NCBI GenBank assembly: GCA_016214325.1
Contig: JACROS010000080.1
Span: 1 to 39,101 of the forward strand
DNA: 39,101 bases
Reading direction: 5' to 3'
From: Candidatus Omnitrophota bacterium
GTDB taxonomy: Bacteria > Omnitrophota > Gorgyraeia > Gygaellales > Profunditerraquicolaceae
The notes under the pieces are model-generated. The model ran no database searches. It worked only from the letters and a program-made list of their open reading frames with translations, and had not been told where the DNA came from. Both the position numbers and the translations under genes were made by a program. Numbering within the stretch: the first letter of the stretch is position 1; each line of letters opens with the position of its first letter. Positions 28,865-36,877 of this stretch are shown here, one piece after another.

Positions 28865-29388
28865 AGATTGAAAAGTACTTTTGGAATTTGAGCGAAGCTG
28901 CATTAAATGAAACAAAAAAGATTATTAGAAAGCCAGCTCATCCTAGATTTGCCTCGGTTATGGTTAATTTTCTTTCAAGGTGCGATAAGCCGAAGGAATT
29001 ATTTTCTATTCTTTCCAGAGAAGAATTTGTTGCAAATTGGCCTCAGATTAGAAGGTATTGGGTCAAGGTGGAGCAGCAATCCGAGCTTAGAGATTGGTGG
29101 GAAACTATCTTTGAGCAGTTGTTGGAAGAACGAATGCAAAAACAGCTTAGGCCAAAAGGCGCGGCGCCGATTTTTTTAAAGGCAATCGGAATTCAAATTA
29201 GGCAAGCAAGGTTGGATAAAAAATTGAGCCAAAAAGATTTGTCTCTTATCGTTGGTATAAAGCAACCGGAGATATCTAAAATAGAAGACGGGAAGAAGAA
29301 TATTACGATTCTTACTTTGGCCAAGTTTTGCAAGGTATTAAAAATTGATAAAATTGATTTAACGAGTAGCCTTGGTGCCGGAAGATAG
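28861..29388 (+). CDS. XRE-family HTH protein with an N-terminal extra domain (probable antitoxin/regulator)
   Basis: C-terminal IRQARLDKKLSQKDLS..VGIKQPEISKIEDGKKN.T..TL; N-terminal YFWN/Trp-rich helical region. Confidence 0.82.
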   Translation: MKIEKYFWNLSEAALNETKKIIRKPAHPRFASVMVNFLSRCDKPKELFSILSREEFVANWPQIRRYWVKVEQQSELRDWWETIFEQLLEERMQKQLRPKGAAPIFLKAIGIQIRQARLDKKLSQKDLSLIVGIKQPEISKIEDGKKNITILTLAKFCKVLKIDKIDLTSSLGAGR

Positions 29389-29415
29389 AAGTCAATTTAG
29401 AATTAGGCTATTTTC

Positions 29416-29443
29416 TTGACAAAGGTTCAGGAAAGTGTAAACT
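29416..29443 (+). promoter_or_regulatory. Putative sigma70 promoter of the second TA operon
   Basis: TTGACA 29416-29421, 16 bp, TAAACT 29438-29443. Confidence 0.5.
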
Positions 29444-29464
29444 TATATTGTATGTGAATTCACG

Positions 29465-30286
29465 ATGTTTCCGAGAGATGGAAAAATGATAAAAGAAAAT
29501 ACAAGACAATATTTGAGCCCCAGGGAAAAAGAAATCATAGCAAGGCTTGCTTATGAAAAGGTTTCGCTTGTAACAATAGAGCAGTTTGACAGGTATTTCA
29601 GGCTTCCTGGAAGAGCGAGGGAAAAGATACTTTTTAGGCTTAACAAACAGGGTATATTAAAAAAGATAAAGAAAGGCGTTTATTTTTATTCTTCTCTTGA
29701 ATCAGGGCCGGCAGGAAGCAATATAAATGAATTTCTGATCCCGCAGGTTTTTTTCCCGGAAGGCAATTATTATGTTGGTTATGCAACTATGTATAATTAT
29801 TATGGTTTTACTGACCAACTTTTTCAGGTTATGTATATTCTTAACACTTCGTTGCAAAGGGAAAGGGCTATGGGTAGGCTGCGTTTTAAAATGGTTAAAA
29901 TTTCCCCAAAGCGGATGTACGGGCTTGAAAAGATCAAGGTTAGAGATGTGGATGTTATTGTTAGTGACAAAGAGAGAACTCTTGTTGACTTAATTTATTT
30001 TCCAGAGCCCGTCGGTGGCATGGGAAAGGCGTTTGAGATATTAAGAGAACAGGTAGATAACGATAAGATAAATATTAAGAAATTGATAAAATATTCTTTG
30101 AAATTTCCGGATAGCTCGACAATTAAAAGAATCGGATATATTCTTGAGAAAGCAGGCCTGAATGATAAAGTTCTTATGCCTTTGTTGAAGGTGGCTAAAA
30201 AGACATCGTTAATTAATCTCTATCCTTCAAAATCGCGTAAGGGTAAGATAAATGGGAGATGGATGGTAATTGAAAATGCTGCATAA
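29465..30286 (+). CDS. AbiEi-family type IV antitoxin/transcriptional regulator
   Basis: wHTH-like RLNKQGILKKIKKGVY, YYGFTDQ, VSDKERTLVD, KRIGYIL, W-x-V end; alternative ATG at 29486. Confidence 0.85.
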   Translation: MFPRDGKMIKENTRQYLSPREKEIIARLAYEKVSLVTIEQFDRYFRLPGRAREKILFRLNKQGILKKIKKGVYFYSSLESGPAGSNINEFLIPQVFFPEGNYYVGYATMYNYYGFTDQLFQVMYILNTSLQRERAMGRLRFKMVKISPKRMYGLEKIKVRDVDVIVSDKERTLVDLIYFPEPVGGMGKAFEILREQVDNDKINIKKLIKYSLKFPDSSTIKRIGYILEKAGLNDKVLMPLLKVAKKTSLINLYPSKSRKGKINGRWMVIENAA

Positions 30287-31148
30287 CGATAAAGGTGAAT
30301 TTATAAAAATTCTTGAAAGGACTTCAGCGCAGACGGGGTTCCCTCTGAGGCTTCTTGAGAAGGATTACTACATTACTGTGGTACTCTCAAAAATAAATAA
30401 GTTGAGCGGAGATCTTATTTTTAAAGGCGGAACGTGTTTAAGCAAAATTTATTATTCTTATTATCGTTTAAGTGAGGATATGGATTTTACCCTTAAACTG
30501 CCTGGTAATGCAACGAGGACAATCCGCAGCAATGCCATGAGGCCTATAAAGGAATTAATGAAATCTTTTCTTAAAGAATTTGGCATGAGCATAGAAGGTT
30601 TGGAGAGGGCGGGGCACAGGGAATCAACACAGTATATATTTTTCCTGGATTATAATTCAGTTGTGCTTAGCAAAAAGGAGTCAATAAAACTTGAAATAGG
30701 CTTGAGGTTTAATCCCGTTCTTTCGTCTGTAACAAAAAAAGTGAACCATAAGTTTTTGCATCCATTTACAAAAGAACCGCTTTTTGATGCTGGTTCTGTA
30801 AGTTGCCTTGCGGCAAAAGAGCTTGTCGCAGAGAAGTTGAGGGCTGCTGCGACGAGAGAAACAATTGCAGCCAGGGATTTCTATGATTTGGGTTATTTAT
30901 TAAAAGAAAAATTTGATTTTAAGGATAAAGTGTTTCTTTCGCTTTTTAAGAAAAAACTGGAAGAAGACAACTTTTCTCCTGATTTGGCAAAATACAAGGT
31001 TAATCTAGGCAGGACTGATAAGGAAATAGATGAAATGAAATCAAGGGTTGGGGATGAGTTGCTTTCTGTGCTGACCACTGATGAGCAGAAATCATTTGAT
31101 ATGCAGAAGATTTTGGATAAATTGAACAATGCGTTTGGCAACAAATAA
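30276..31148 (+). CDS. AbiEii-family nucleotidyltransferase toxin
   Basis: LLEKDYY, FKGGTCLSK.Y..YYRLSEDMDF, IKLEI, EKLRAA, RDFYDL; overlaps the antitoxin stop. Confidence 0.9.
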   Translation: MLHNDKGEFIKILERTSAQTGFPLRLLEKDYYITVVLSKINKLSGDLIFKGGTCLSKIYYSYYRLSEDMDFTLKLPGNATRTIRSNAMRPIKELMKSFLKEFGMSIEGLERAGHRESTQYIFFLDYNSVVLSKKESIKLEIGLRFNPVLSSVTKKVNHKFLHPFTKEPLFDAGSVSCLAAKELVAEKLRAAATRETIAARDFYDLGYLLKEKFDFKDKVFLSLFKKKLEEDNFSPDLAKYKVNLGRTDKEIDEMKSRVGDELLSVLTTDEQKSFDMQKILDKLNNAFGNK

Positions 31149-31172
31149 CAGTTTTGACTTATTTCTTATAAA

Positions 31173-32579
31173 ATGGAAAAATACGATTACGACGCGATAA
31201 TTATTGGAGCAGGGATTGGAGGGCTTGTCTGCGGATGTTATTTGGCCAAGGCCGGCCTTAAGACGCTGATTGTGGAAAAAAACGCTCAGCCCGGCGGCTA
31301 CTGCACCTCTTTTACTCGCAACGGTTTTAAGTTTGATGCTTGTGTGCATTTTATTGGAAGTATGAGAGAGGGTGGAATAATAAAGAAGATTATAGGTAAT
31401 TTGGGTTTACAAAACGACATTTCAATTTTGAGAAATGATCCTTCTGATACAGTTTTTACCAAAGATTACAAGTTTTCGTTTTGGGAAAATATAGAAAAAA
31501 CAGTCAGCGAGCTTCAGTCCTGTTTTCCTTCTGAGAAAAAGTCTATTAAAGAATTTTTTAATTATATTTTAAAGATAGAAGGCTATGATTTTCTAGGTTT
31601 ACGTTGTAAAACGCTTCAGGATGTTTTTAGCAGTTTTTTTGTTGATAGACGATTGATGGCATTATTAGGATTTCCAATTCTAGGAAACTCTGGTCTTCCT
31701 CCTAGCCGAGTGTCTGCTATAAAGGCAATGACTTTATATAAAGAATTTATGGTTGATGGTGGTTATTATATGCCTAATGGTGTTCAGGTTCTACCGGAGG
31801 CGTTGGTGAAGAAAATCGTTGGATACGGTGGCACTGTTTTGTTTAATTCTCCAGTTAAGAAAATAATTGTTCGTAACGACAAAGCTGAAGGGGTAATTAC
31901 AAAACAAGGCACACAGTTTAGTTCTCGCTATGTTGTTTCAAATGCTGATACCCGACATACATTTTTTGACTTAATTGATCCTGATAATGCTCCAAAATTG
32001 TTGCAGAAGGCTTTGGTTGATTTGGAGCCATCTTTATCAATGTTCGCTTTGTATTTGGGAGTAAATGGCGAATTAACTAATTTCCCGCCTCATACAAATA
32101 TTTGGTATCTTAATGGCTATGATTTAGAAGATTATTATCGCTATAATCTTAAGGGTGATATAGAGGATATTAAATGGCTTTTAGCGTATTATAATCCTCA
32201 AGGTAAAACGATTCTTTGTTTTTTGAATGTCCCCTATGTTAATAAAAATTATTGGAAGGTTAATAGGATGAGAATTGAAGAACTTTTACTTAAGAAGATT
32301 GAAGAAGTTGTGCCTGGGACATTAAAGCATATTTGTTTCAAGAATAACGCAACTCCAGATACAATGTTGCGCTGGACTTCTAATTATCAAGGAGCTGCTT
32401 ATGGCTGGGCTGGGACTGTTGATCAATTCTCGGTCAGTGGCCTTTCTCAAATTACGCCAATAAAGAATTTATTTCTTACTGGTCATTGGACAACTTTGGT
32501 TCAGGGTGTTTCTGGTGTTATCTATTTAGGAGAGGTTACAGCAAAAACTATTTTGCGAGTAAAAGAGAAAAGACAATGA
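31173..32579 (+). CDS. Phytoene desaturase (CrtI)/RetSat-like FAD-dependent oxidoreductase
   Basis: IIGAGIGGL, EKN..PGGYCTSF.R.GF.FD, TP.T..R.T.N..GA.YGW, TPIKNLFLTGHW. Confidence 0.88.
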   Translation: MEKYDYDAIIIGAGIGGLVCGCYLAKAGLKTLIVEKNAQPGGYCTSFTRNGFKFDACVHFIGSMREGGIIKKIIGNLGLQNDISILRNDPSDTVFTKDYKFSFWENIEKTVSELQSCFPSEKKSIKEFFNYILKIEGYDFLGLRCKTLQDVFSSFFVDRRLMALLGFPILGNSGLPPSRVSAIKAMTLYKEFMVDGGYYMPNGVQVLPEALVKKIVGYGGTVLFNSPVKKIIVRNDKAEGVITKQGTQFSSRYVVSNADTRHTFFDLIDPDNAPKLLQKALVDLEPSLSMFALYLGVNGELTNFPPHTNIWYLNGYDLEDYYRYNLKGDIEDIKWLLAYYNPQGKTILCFLNVPYVNKNYWKVNRMRIEELLLKKIEEVVPGTLKHICFKNNATPDTMLRWTSNYQGAAYGWAGTVDQFSVSGLSQITPIKNLFLTGHWTTLVQGVSGVIYLGEVTAKTILRVKEKRQ

Positions 32580-34681
32580 ATATAGTAATATTGATTTCCG
32601 GTATTTTTATATCTTCTACTTCCATTGTTCTTATGGCATTGTTAAGAATTTATGGTAGAAATAAGTTACATACAATTTGGTTTATGACTAATCTCGTTAT
32701 ATTTGTTTGGGGATTAGGCTGTTTTTTTATTGGGAAGTCATCGTCTATAGAAGAGGCTCGTTTTTGGTGGGGAGTAGCAGTTGCTGCAGGTGTATTTATT
32801 GCTCCTTGTTTTTATCAAACTACTTATATTTTTGCTGGAGTTAAACAGCCAAAACGCTTAATAATCTCCTATCTGCAGGCTTCTTTGTTCGCGATATTGG
32901 CACTCTTTACAGAAGTAACTTTAAATAAATATAGGATTTTGTTTGGGAATGTTTATTATCCTACGGGTAATCTAATGTTTTTCTTAATGATTATTTGTTG
33001 GGTTATTGTTATATTCTTAGGCACTAAAGTACTCTTTGATTTGTTAAAAAGATCAACTGGAAAACAACATTTGCAGACGTGGTATTTACTAATTGCTTTT
33101 CTTAGTGGATTTGTTGGTGGTGGAGCTACGTTGCTTCCAGCTTTTGACCTTCCGTATTCTTTTGTTTATCCCTTCGGCAACTTCGGCGTTGCAATATATG
33201 CGATTATCGGTACTTATGCTGTTTTAAGATATCAACTTCTAGACCTAAATGTCGCCTTTACGCGAGCTGGGATATTTGGGGTTGTTTATGCTTTAGTTTT
33301 GGGAGTACCTTTCTGGCTTGGTTATAAATATAATAAGTGGCAGTATTCGACGTGGTTTATGTTGGTTTTGGCTACCTCTGGCCCGTTCATCTATAGCTAC
33401 TTGCGCAGGCATGCAGAGAATATAATCCTTAGAGATCAGCGAAGATACCAGAAGGCATTGCGCGAGCTTGCTGAGACCATGACTCATATTCGCTCCTTGG
33501 ATGCATTAATCCAGATTATCACCACTACTATGGTTAATGCAGTTAAAGTGAATTTTGCCGCAATGTATGTTAAGGAAGAGGAGAGCAATTCTTATGTTTT
33601 AAAAAGTTGTAATCCTCAATCTGTGCAGGATAAATTTCCGGAAAATTTAGCTTTTGATTCTTCGGTTGTAAAATTTATTTTAGCTGAACAGCGCCTGATA
33701 ACTTGTGATGAGATAAAGAATAAGCCGGAAATTCCCTTAGAATGCGGTTTAGTGATTCCTTGTTTTATGGAAAATGACCTTTTGGCATTTATTGCCTTAG
33801 GGACAAAACCAAACAGCCAGATGTTTACCACCGACGATATCTTGGTTTTTGAAACCGTGTCTTATTCAGCGAGTATTGCTATTGAGAATTGCCGTTTTTG
33901 GCGCGAGATTGAAGATAAGCAAAGAAAGGCTCGTCTTCAGGAGATGGATACGTATTCATATTCTCTGGCGCATGAAATTGATAATCCAGTGCATATAATT
34001 CTTAACGAAACCACTTTAATTAAAGACTATCTTTTGAAAAATATCACTAATCCTCAGGAATACAAAGAAGCAGAGAGTGCTTGTGGTTTTACTATTGAAG
34101 CTGCTCGAAGAGTAGCGGGAATGGTTAAGGCAATCCGCGATTTTGGCTCGCCGGTAACCGGCAAGGCTTTGGCTTTAAAAATTGAAGATGTGGTAGAGAG
34201 TTTTTTTAAACTTTATTATCCGCAATTTAAGGATAAGGCGATTGTATTTGAGAAAATCTTTTTTGGAGATCTAGGTTTTATTCGAGGGATAAAGCCTGAA
34301 TTAATGCAGGTGTTGGTTATCTTGGCGAATAATTCAATTCACGCTATGCGCGAGTCTGAAATAAAGAAAATTACACTTAAGGTTGAGCCGGTTAACCATG
34401 ACAGGATAAGAATTGTTTTCTCAGATACAGGATACGGAATTAAAAAAGAAAATCTAGAAATTATATTCTTGCCTTTTACTACTACCAAAGCTTCAAGTGA
34501 AGGCACAGGTATGGGCCTTTATAATGCCAAGAAGATTATTGAGCGCCATAACGGAAAAATATTTGCTCAATCAGAAGGAAAAGGCCAGGGCGCTTGTTTT
34601 GTAATTGAGCTTCCCAAAGCTCTGGATGTTACTGAGGATGAGTTTTTAAAAGAGGGCCAGAAAGAAAAGCGGTTAATTTAA
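32576..34681 (+). CDS. Sensor histidine kinase: multi-TM (HisKA_7TM-like) + GAF-like + HisKA + HATPase_c
   Basis: Hydrophobic N-terminal ~270 aa, H-box LAHEIDNP, N-box LANNSIHA, DTGYGI, PFTTTK, GTGMGL. Start moved to ATG 32576 (ATGA overlap). Confidence 0.92.
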   Translation: MNIVILISGIFISSTSIVLMALLRIYGRNKLHTIWFMTNLVIFVWGLGCFFIGKSSSIEEARFWWGVAVAAGVFIAPCFYQTTYIFAGVKQPKRLIISYLQASLFAILALFTEVTLNKYRILFGNVYYPTGNLMFFLMIICWVIVIFLGTKVLFDLLKRSTGKQHLQTWYLLIAFLSGFVGGGATLLPAFDLPYSFVYPFGNFGVAIYAIIGTYAVLRYQLLDLNVAFTRAGIFGVVYALVLGVPFWLGYKYNKWQYSTWFMLVLATSGPFIYSYLRRHAENIILRDQRRYQKALRELAETMTHIRSLDALIQIITTTMVNAVKVNFAAMYVKEEESNSYVLKSCNPQSVQDKFPENLAFDSSVVKFILAEQRLITCDEIKNKPEIPLECGLVIPCFMENDLLAFIALGTKPNSQMFTTDDILVFETVSYSASIAIENCRFWREIEDKQRKARLQEMDTYSYSLAHEIDNPVHIILNETTLIKDYLLKNITNPQEYKEAESACGFTIEAARRVAGMVKAIRDFGSPVTGKALALKIEDVVESFFKLYYPQFKDKAIVFEKIFFGDLGFIRGIKPELMQVLVILANNSIHAMRESEIKKITLKVEPVNHDRIRIVFSDTGYGIKKENLEIIFLPFTTTKASSEGTGMGLYNAKKIIERHNGKIFAQSEGKGQGACFVIELPKALDVTEDEFLKEGQKEKRLI

Positions 34682-34695
34682 TCGGAGGTAACAAG

Positions 34696-35088
34696 ATGAG
34701 TGATGCACCTTTAAAATTACTAGTGGTCGATGATGAAGAAGGTATAGTTGATTTTACTACAAGGATATATACTCGTAAGGGTTTTATTACATTTGGCGCT
34801 ACCGACGGGATAAAGGCAGTGGAAATATTTGAGAAAGAAAGACCTGGCATCAGCTTAATTGATGTGCACATGCCTTATTCGCCGATTGATGGCATTGAAA
34901 CTTTAAAGCGGATTAAGAATATTGATAAGAACGCCATTTGTATTATGGTTACGCGTATTACCGAGCAGGATACAGTGGCGGTTGCAAAAGAATTTGGCGC
35001 CAATGCTTATGTGCTCAAGCCTCTTGAGATGGAAGATTTGGATAAAGTAATCGCTGATGTTTTGAAAAAGGCCGAGGAGGCCAAATAA
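34696..35088 (+). CDS. Single-domain response regulator receiver
   Basis: LLVVDDE, phosphoacceptor LIDVHMP, MVT, YVLKP; no output domain; GGAGGT RBS. Confidence 0.93.
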   Translation: MSDAPLKLLVVDDEEGIVDFTTRIYTRKGFITFGATDGIKAVEIFEKERPGISLIDVHMPYSPIDGIETLKRIKNIDKNAICIMVTRITEQDTVAVAKEFGANAYVLKPLEMEDLDKVIADVLKKAEEAK

Positions 35089-35883
35089 ATGGCCAATCCT
35101 CTTCCTAATGAAAAAGAGCTTTATAAGAAAATCTATAGAGAGCGTATTTCTATGGATCCGCAAGTATGGGATCTTTTGTATAATCGGGTTGGTGATGACA
35201 TTACTACAATTAATTTATTGTGCCAACTGCATCTTTGTGATTGCCAGCCGATTCCGGTGCAGGAGGCAAGAAAGATTCTTACCTACACTCGGCATATAAA
35301 AGAATTATTGTCGCATATTACTAATATCTCCGACGATAATCAAAAAACTTTTCCTGTATTTGTAGGAACGGTGCCTTTGCATTCAATTTTGCGGGAGATG
35401 TTTACCCATTATATAGGAAATGATATTTATATGATTAATCTAATAGTAGAAGATGCCACTGATCCTATGCAGCCTGAGCCGCTTTCTGTTGCCTCAACCC
35501 AGAAAATTCTCAATCATACTCGTAGTATACGTGATTTTATGGATAAGCTCAGGCAGGCTACAATGCCCGGAGGAGTCCGGGTTACTGAAGATGATGAGCA
35601 GGAAACAAAAGATAAACCTAGCCTTGAGCTGGAGCTAACAAAGGAATCTGTTTTTGCGCGGGTTCGTAAGCTTTTGGCGCATGAATTTAATATGTCTGAA
35701 GAAAATATTCAGCTAGAGACACATTTTGCAAATGATTTGCAGCTTGATTCAGTTGATGCTATCCGTGTTGTAATGCTTCTTGAAGAAGGTTTTGGTTTTG
35801 AAATCCCCGACGATGATTATGAAGGAGTTGTGACAGTTGGCCAAGCTGTGGATTATGTATTAAAAAGATTAAAGGGTAACTAA
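35089..35883 (+). CDS. Fusion of two helical DHp-like repeats with a C-terminal acyl carrier domain
   Basis: Repeats at aa 22-77 and 97-154, acidic linker, then ACP fold (DLQLDSVD..VM.LEE.FGFEIPD...TVGQAVDY, Ser221). Confidence 0.8.
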   Translation: MANPLPNEKELYKKIYRERISMDPQVWDLLYNRVGDDITTINLLCQLHLCDCQPIPVQEARKILTYTRHIKELLSHITNISDDNQKTFPVFVGTVPLHSILREMFTHYIGNDIYMINLIVEDATDPMQPEPLSVASTQKILNHTRSIRDFMDKLRQATMPGGVRVTEDDEQETKDKPSLELELTKESVFARVRKLLAHEFNMSEENIQLETHFANDLQLDSVDAIRVVMLLEEGFGFEIPDDDYEGVVTVGQAVDYVLKRLKGN

Positions 35884-35907
35884 AATTAAAGAAAAAGGAA
35901 GAATAAA

Positions 35908-36549
35908 ATGGAAAAAGAAAATTTAGCCAGCTTAAAACAAAAGTTGCACGCGCTTTTAAATAAAGAAGCGCTAAAAAGAGGAAAATTTATTTTATCAAGC
36001 GGTAAAGAGAGTAATTATTATCTTGATGGAAGAGTGATTACTTTAACTCCGGAAGGCGCGTATTTGGTTGGGAGTATTATTTTAGAAATGACTAATCAGG
36101 ATAAGCTGGATGCAATTGGCGGCCCGACATTAGGAGCAGATCCGATTGTAGGAGCAGTTGCTTGTTTGGCTCATCTTAAAAATATTCCCATTAAAACATT
36201 TATCGTGCGTAAAGCTGCCAAGGAGCATGGTACTCAGCGCCAAGTTGAAGGGCCGGCATTAAAAGAAAAAGCCCGCGTAGTTTTGGTTGATGATGTGGCA
36301 ACGACGGGTAAAGCGCTTATCGAGGCTAAGCAGGCGCTTGATAAAATTGGGGTTATTGCTGAGAAAGCAATTGTAATTGTTGACTGCAATGAGGGCGGGG
36401 CAGAAAATTTAGCCAAAGTCGGCCTTAAATTAGAATCAATCTCTCGTCATTGTCAGGATCGTGATAAGCCAAGTTCGTCATTGCGAGGAGCGCGAAGCGC
36501 GACGAAGCAATCTCTTTTATGTCTGAACATCAAAGTTACGTCTACTTAA
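35908..36549 (+). CDS. pyrE: Orotate phosphoribosyltransferase; native C-terminus replaced by read-through into REP-like DNA
   Basis: G.FILSSGKESNYYLD, GGPTLGADP, VRK..KEHG, VDDVATTG; family-like sequence ends at LESI (~36441). Confidence 0.92.
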   Translation: MEKENLASLKQKLHALLNKEALKRGKFILSSGKESNYYLDGRVITLTPEGAYLVGSIILEMTNQDKLDAIGGPTLGADPIVGAVACLAHLKNIPIKTFIVRKAAKEHGTQRQVEGPALKEKARVVLVDDVATTGKALIEAKQALDKIGVIAEKAIVIVDCNEGGAENLAKVGLKLESISRHCQDRDKPSSSLRGARSATKQSLLCLNIKVTST

Positions 36550-36840
36550 TGATGAATAAAGCAAATACCGTAATATATACAGGCGTAACGAGTGATTTAA
36601 AAAAGAGAATTTATCAACATAAAGAGAATTTCGTTGATGGTTTCACTAAAAGATACAAAGTTCATAAGTTAGTTTATTATGAACAGTTTAATGATGTAGA
36701 AAATGCGATTTTAAGGGAAAAACAAATTAAGGGTGGTTCAAGGAATAAGAAATTAGCTTTGATTAGTTTAAATAATCCTAATTTTGAGGATTTATTTGAT
36801 AAGATTTGAGATTGCTTCGCCCTGCGGGCTCGCAATGACG
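36476..36840. mobile_element. GIY-YIG gene cassette bounded by bipartite CGTC-type inverted repeats
   Basis: Left CGTCATTGCGAG (36476-36487) + CGAAGCAATCTC (36503-36514); right GAGATTGCTTCG (36808-36819) + CTCGCAATGACG (36829-36840); both 12-mers are perfect inverses. Confidence 0.7.
36519..36809 (+). CDS. Small GIY-YIG nuclease (YhbQ/UPF0213-like)
   Basis: YVYLM...IYTGVTSDL..R..QH, FTKRY.V.KLVYYE, A..REKQIK. Confidence 0.92.
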   Translation: MSEHQSYVYLMMNKANTVIYTGVTSDLKKRIYQHKENFVDGFTKRYKVHKLVYYEQFNDVENAILREKQIKGGSRNKKLALISLNNPNFEDLFDKI

Positions 36841-36877
36841 TAGAGAATTGCAGTAAGCGTGATTATAATATAAGATA

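Noticed and set aside
32486-32575. Longer starts given in the ORF track (32486, also 6830, 11191, 23237, 30270)
   Set aside because: Downstream ATGs with ATGA coupling or an RBS fit better and avoid long overlaps.
31173-32579. Carotenoid pathway crtI
   Set aside because: No phytoene synthase, GGPP synthase or cyclase nearby; only family-level similarity is supportable.
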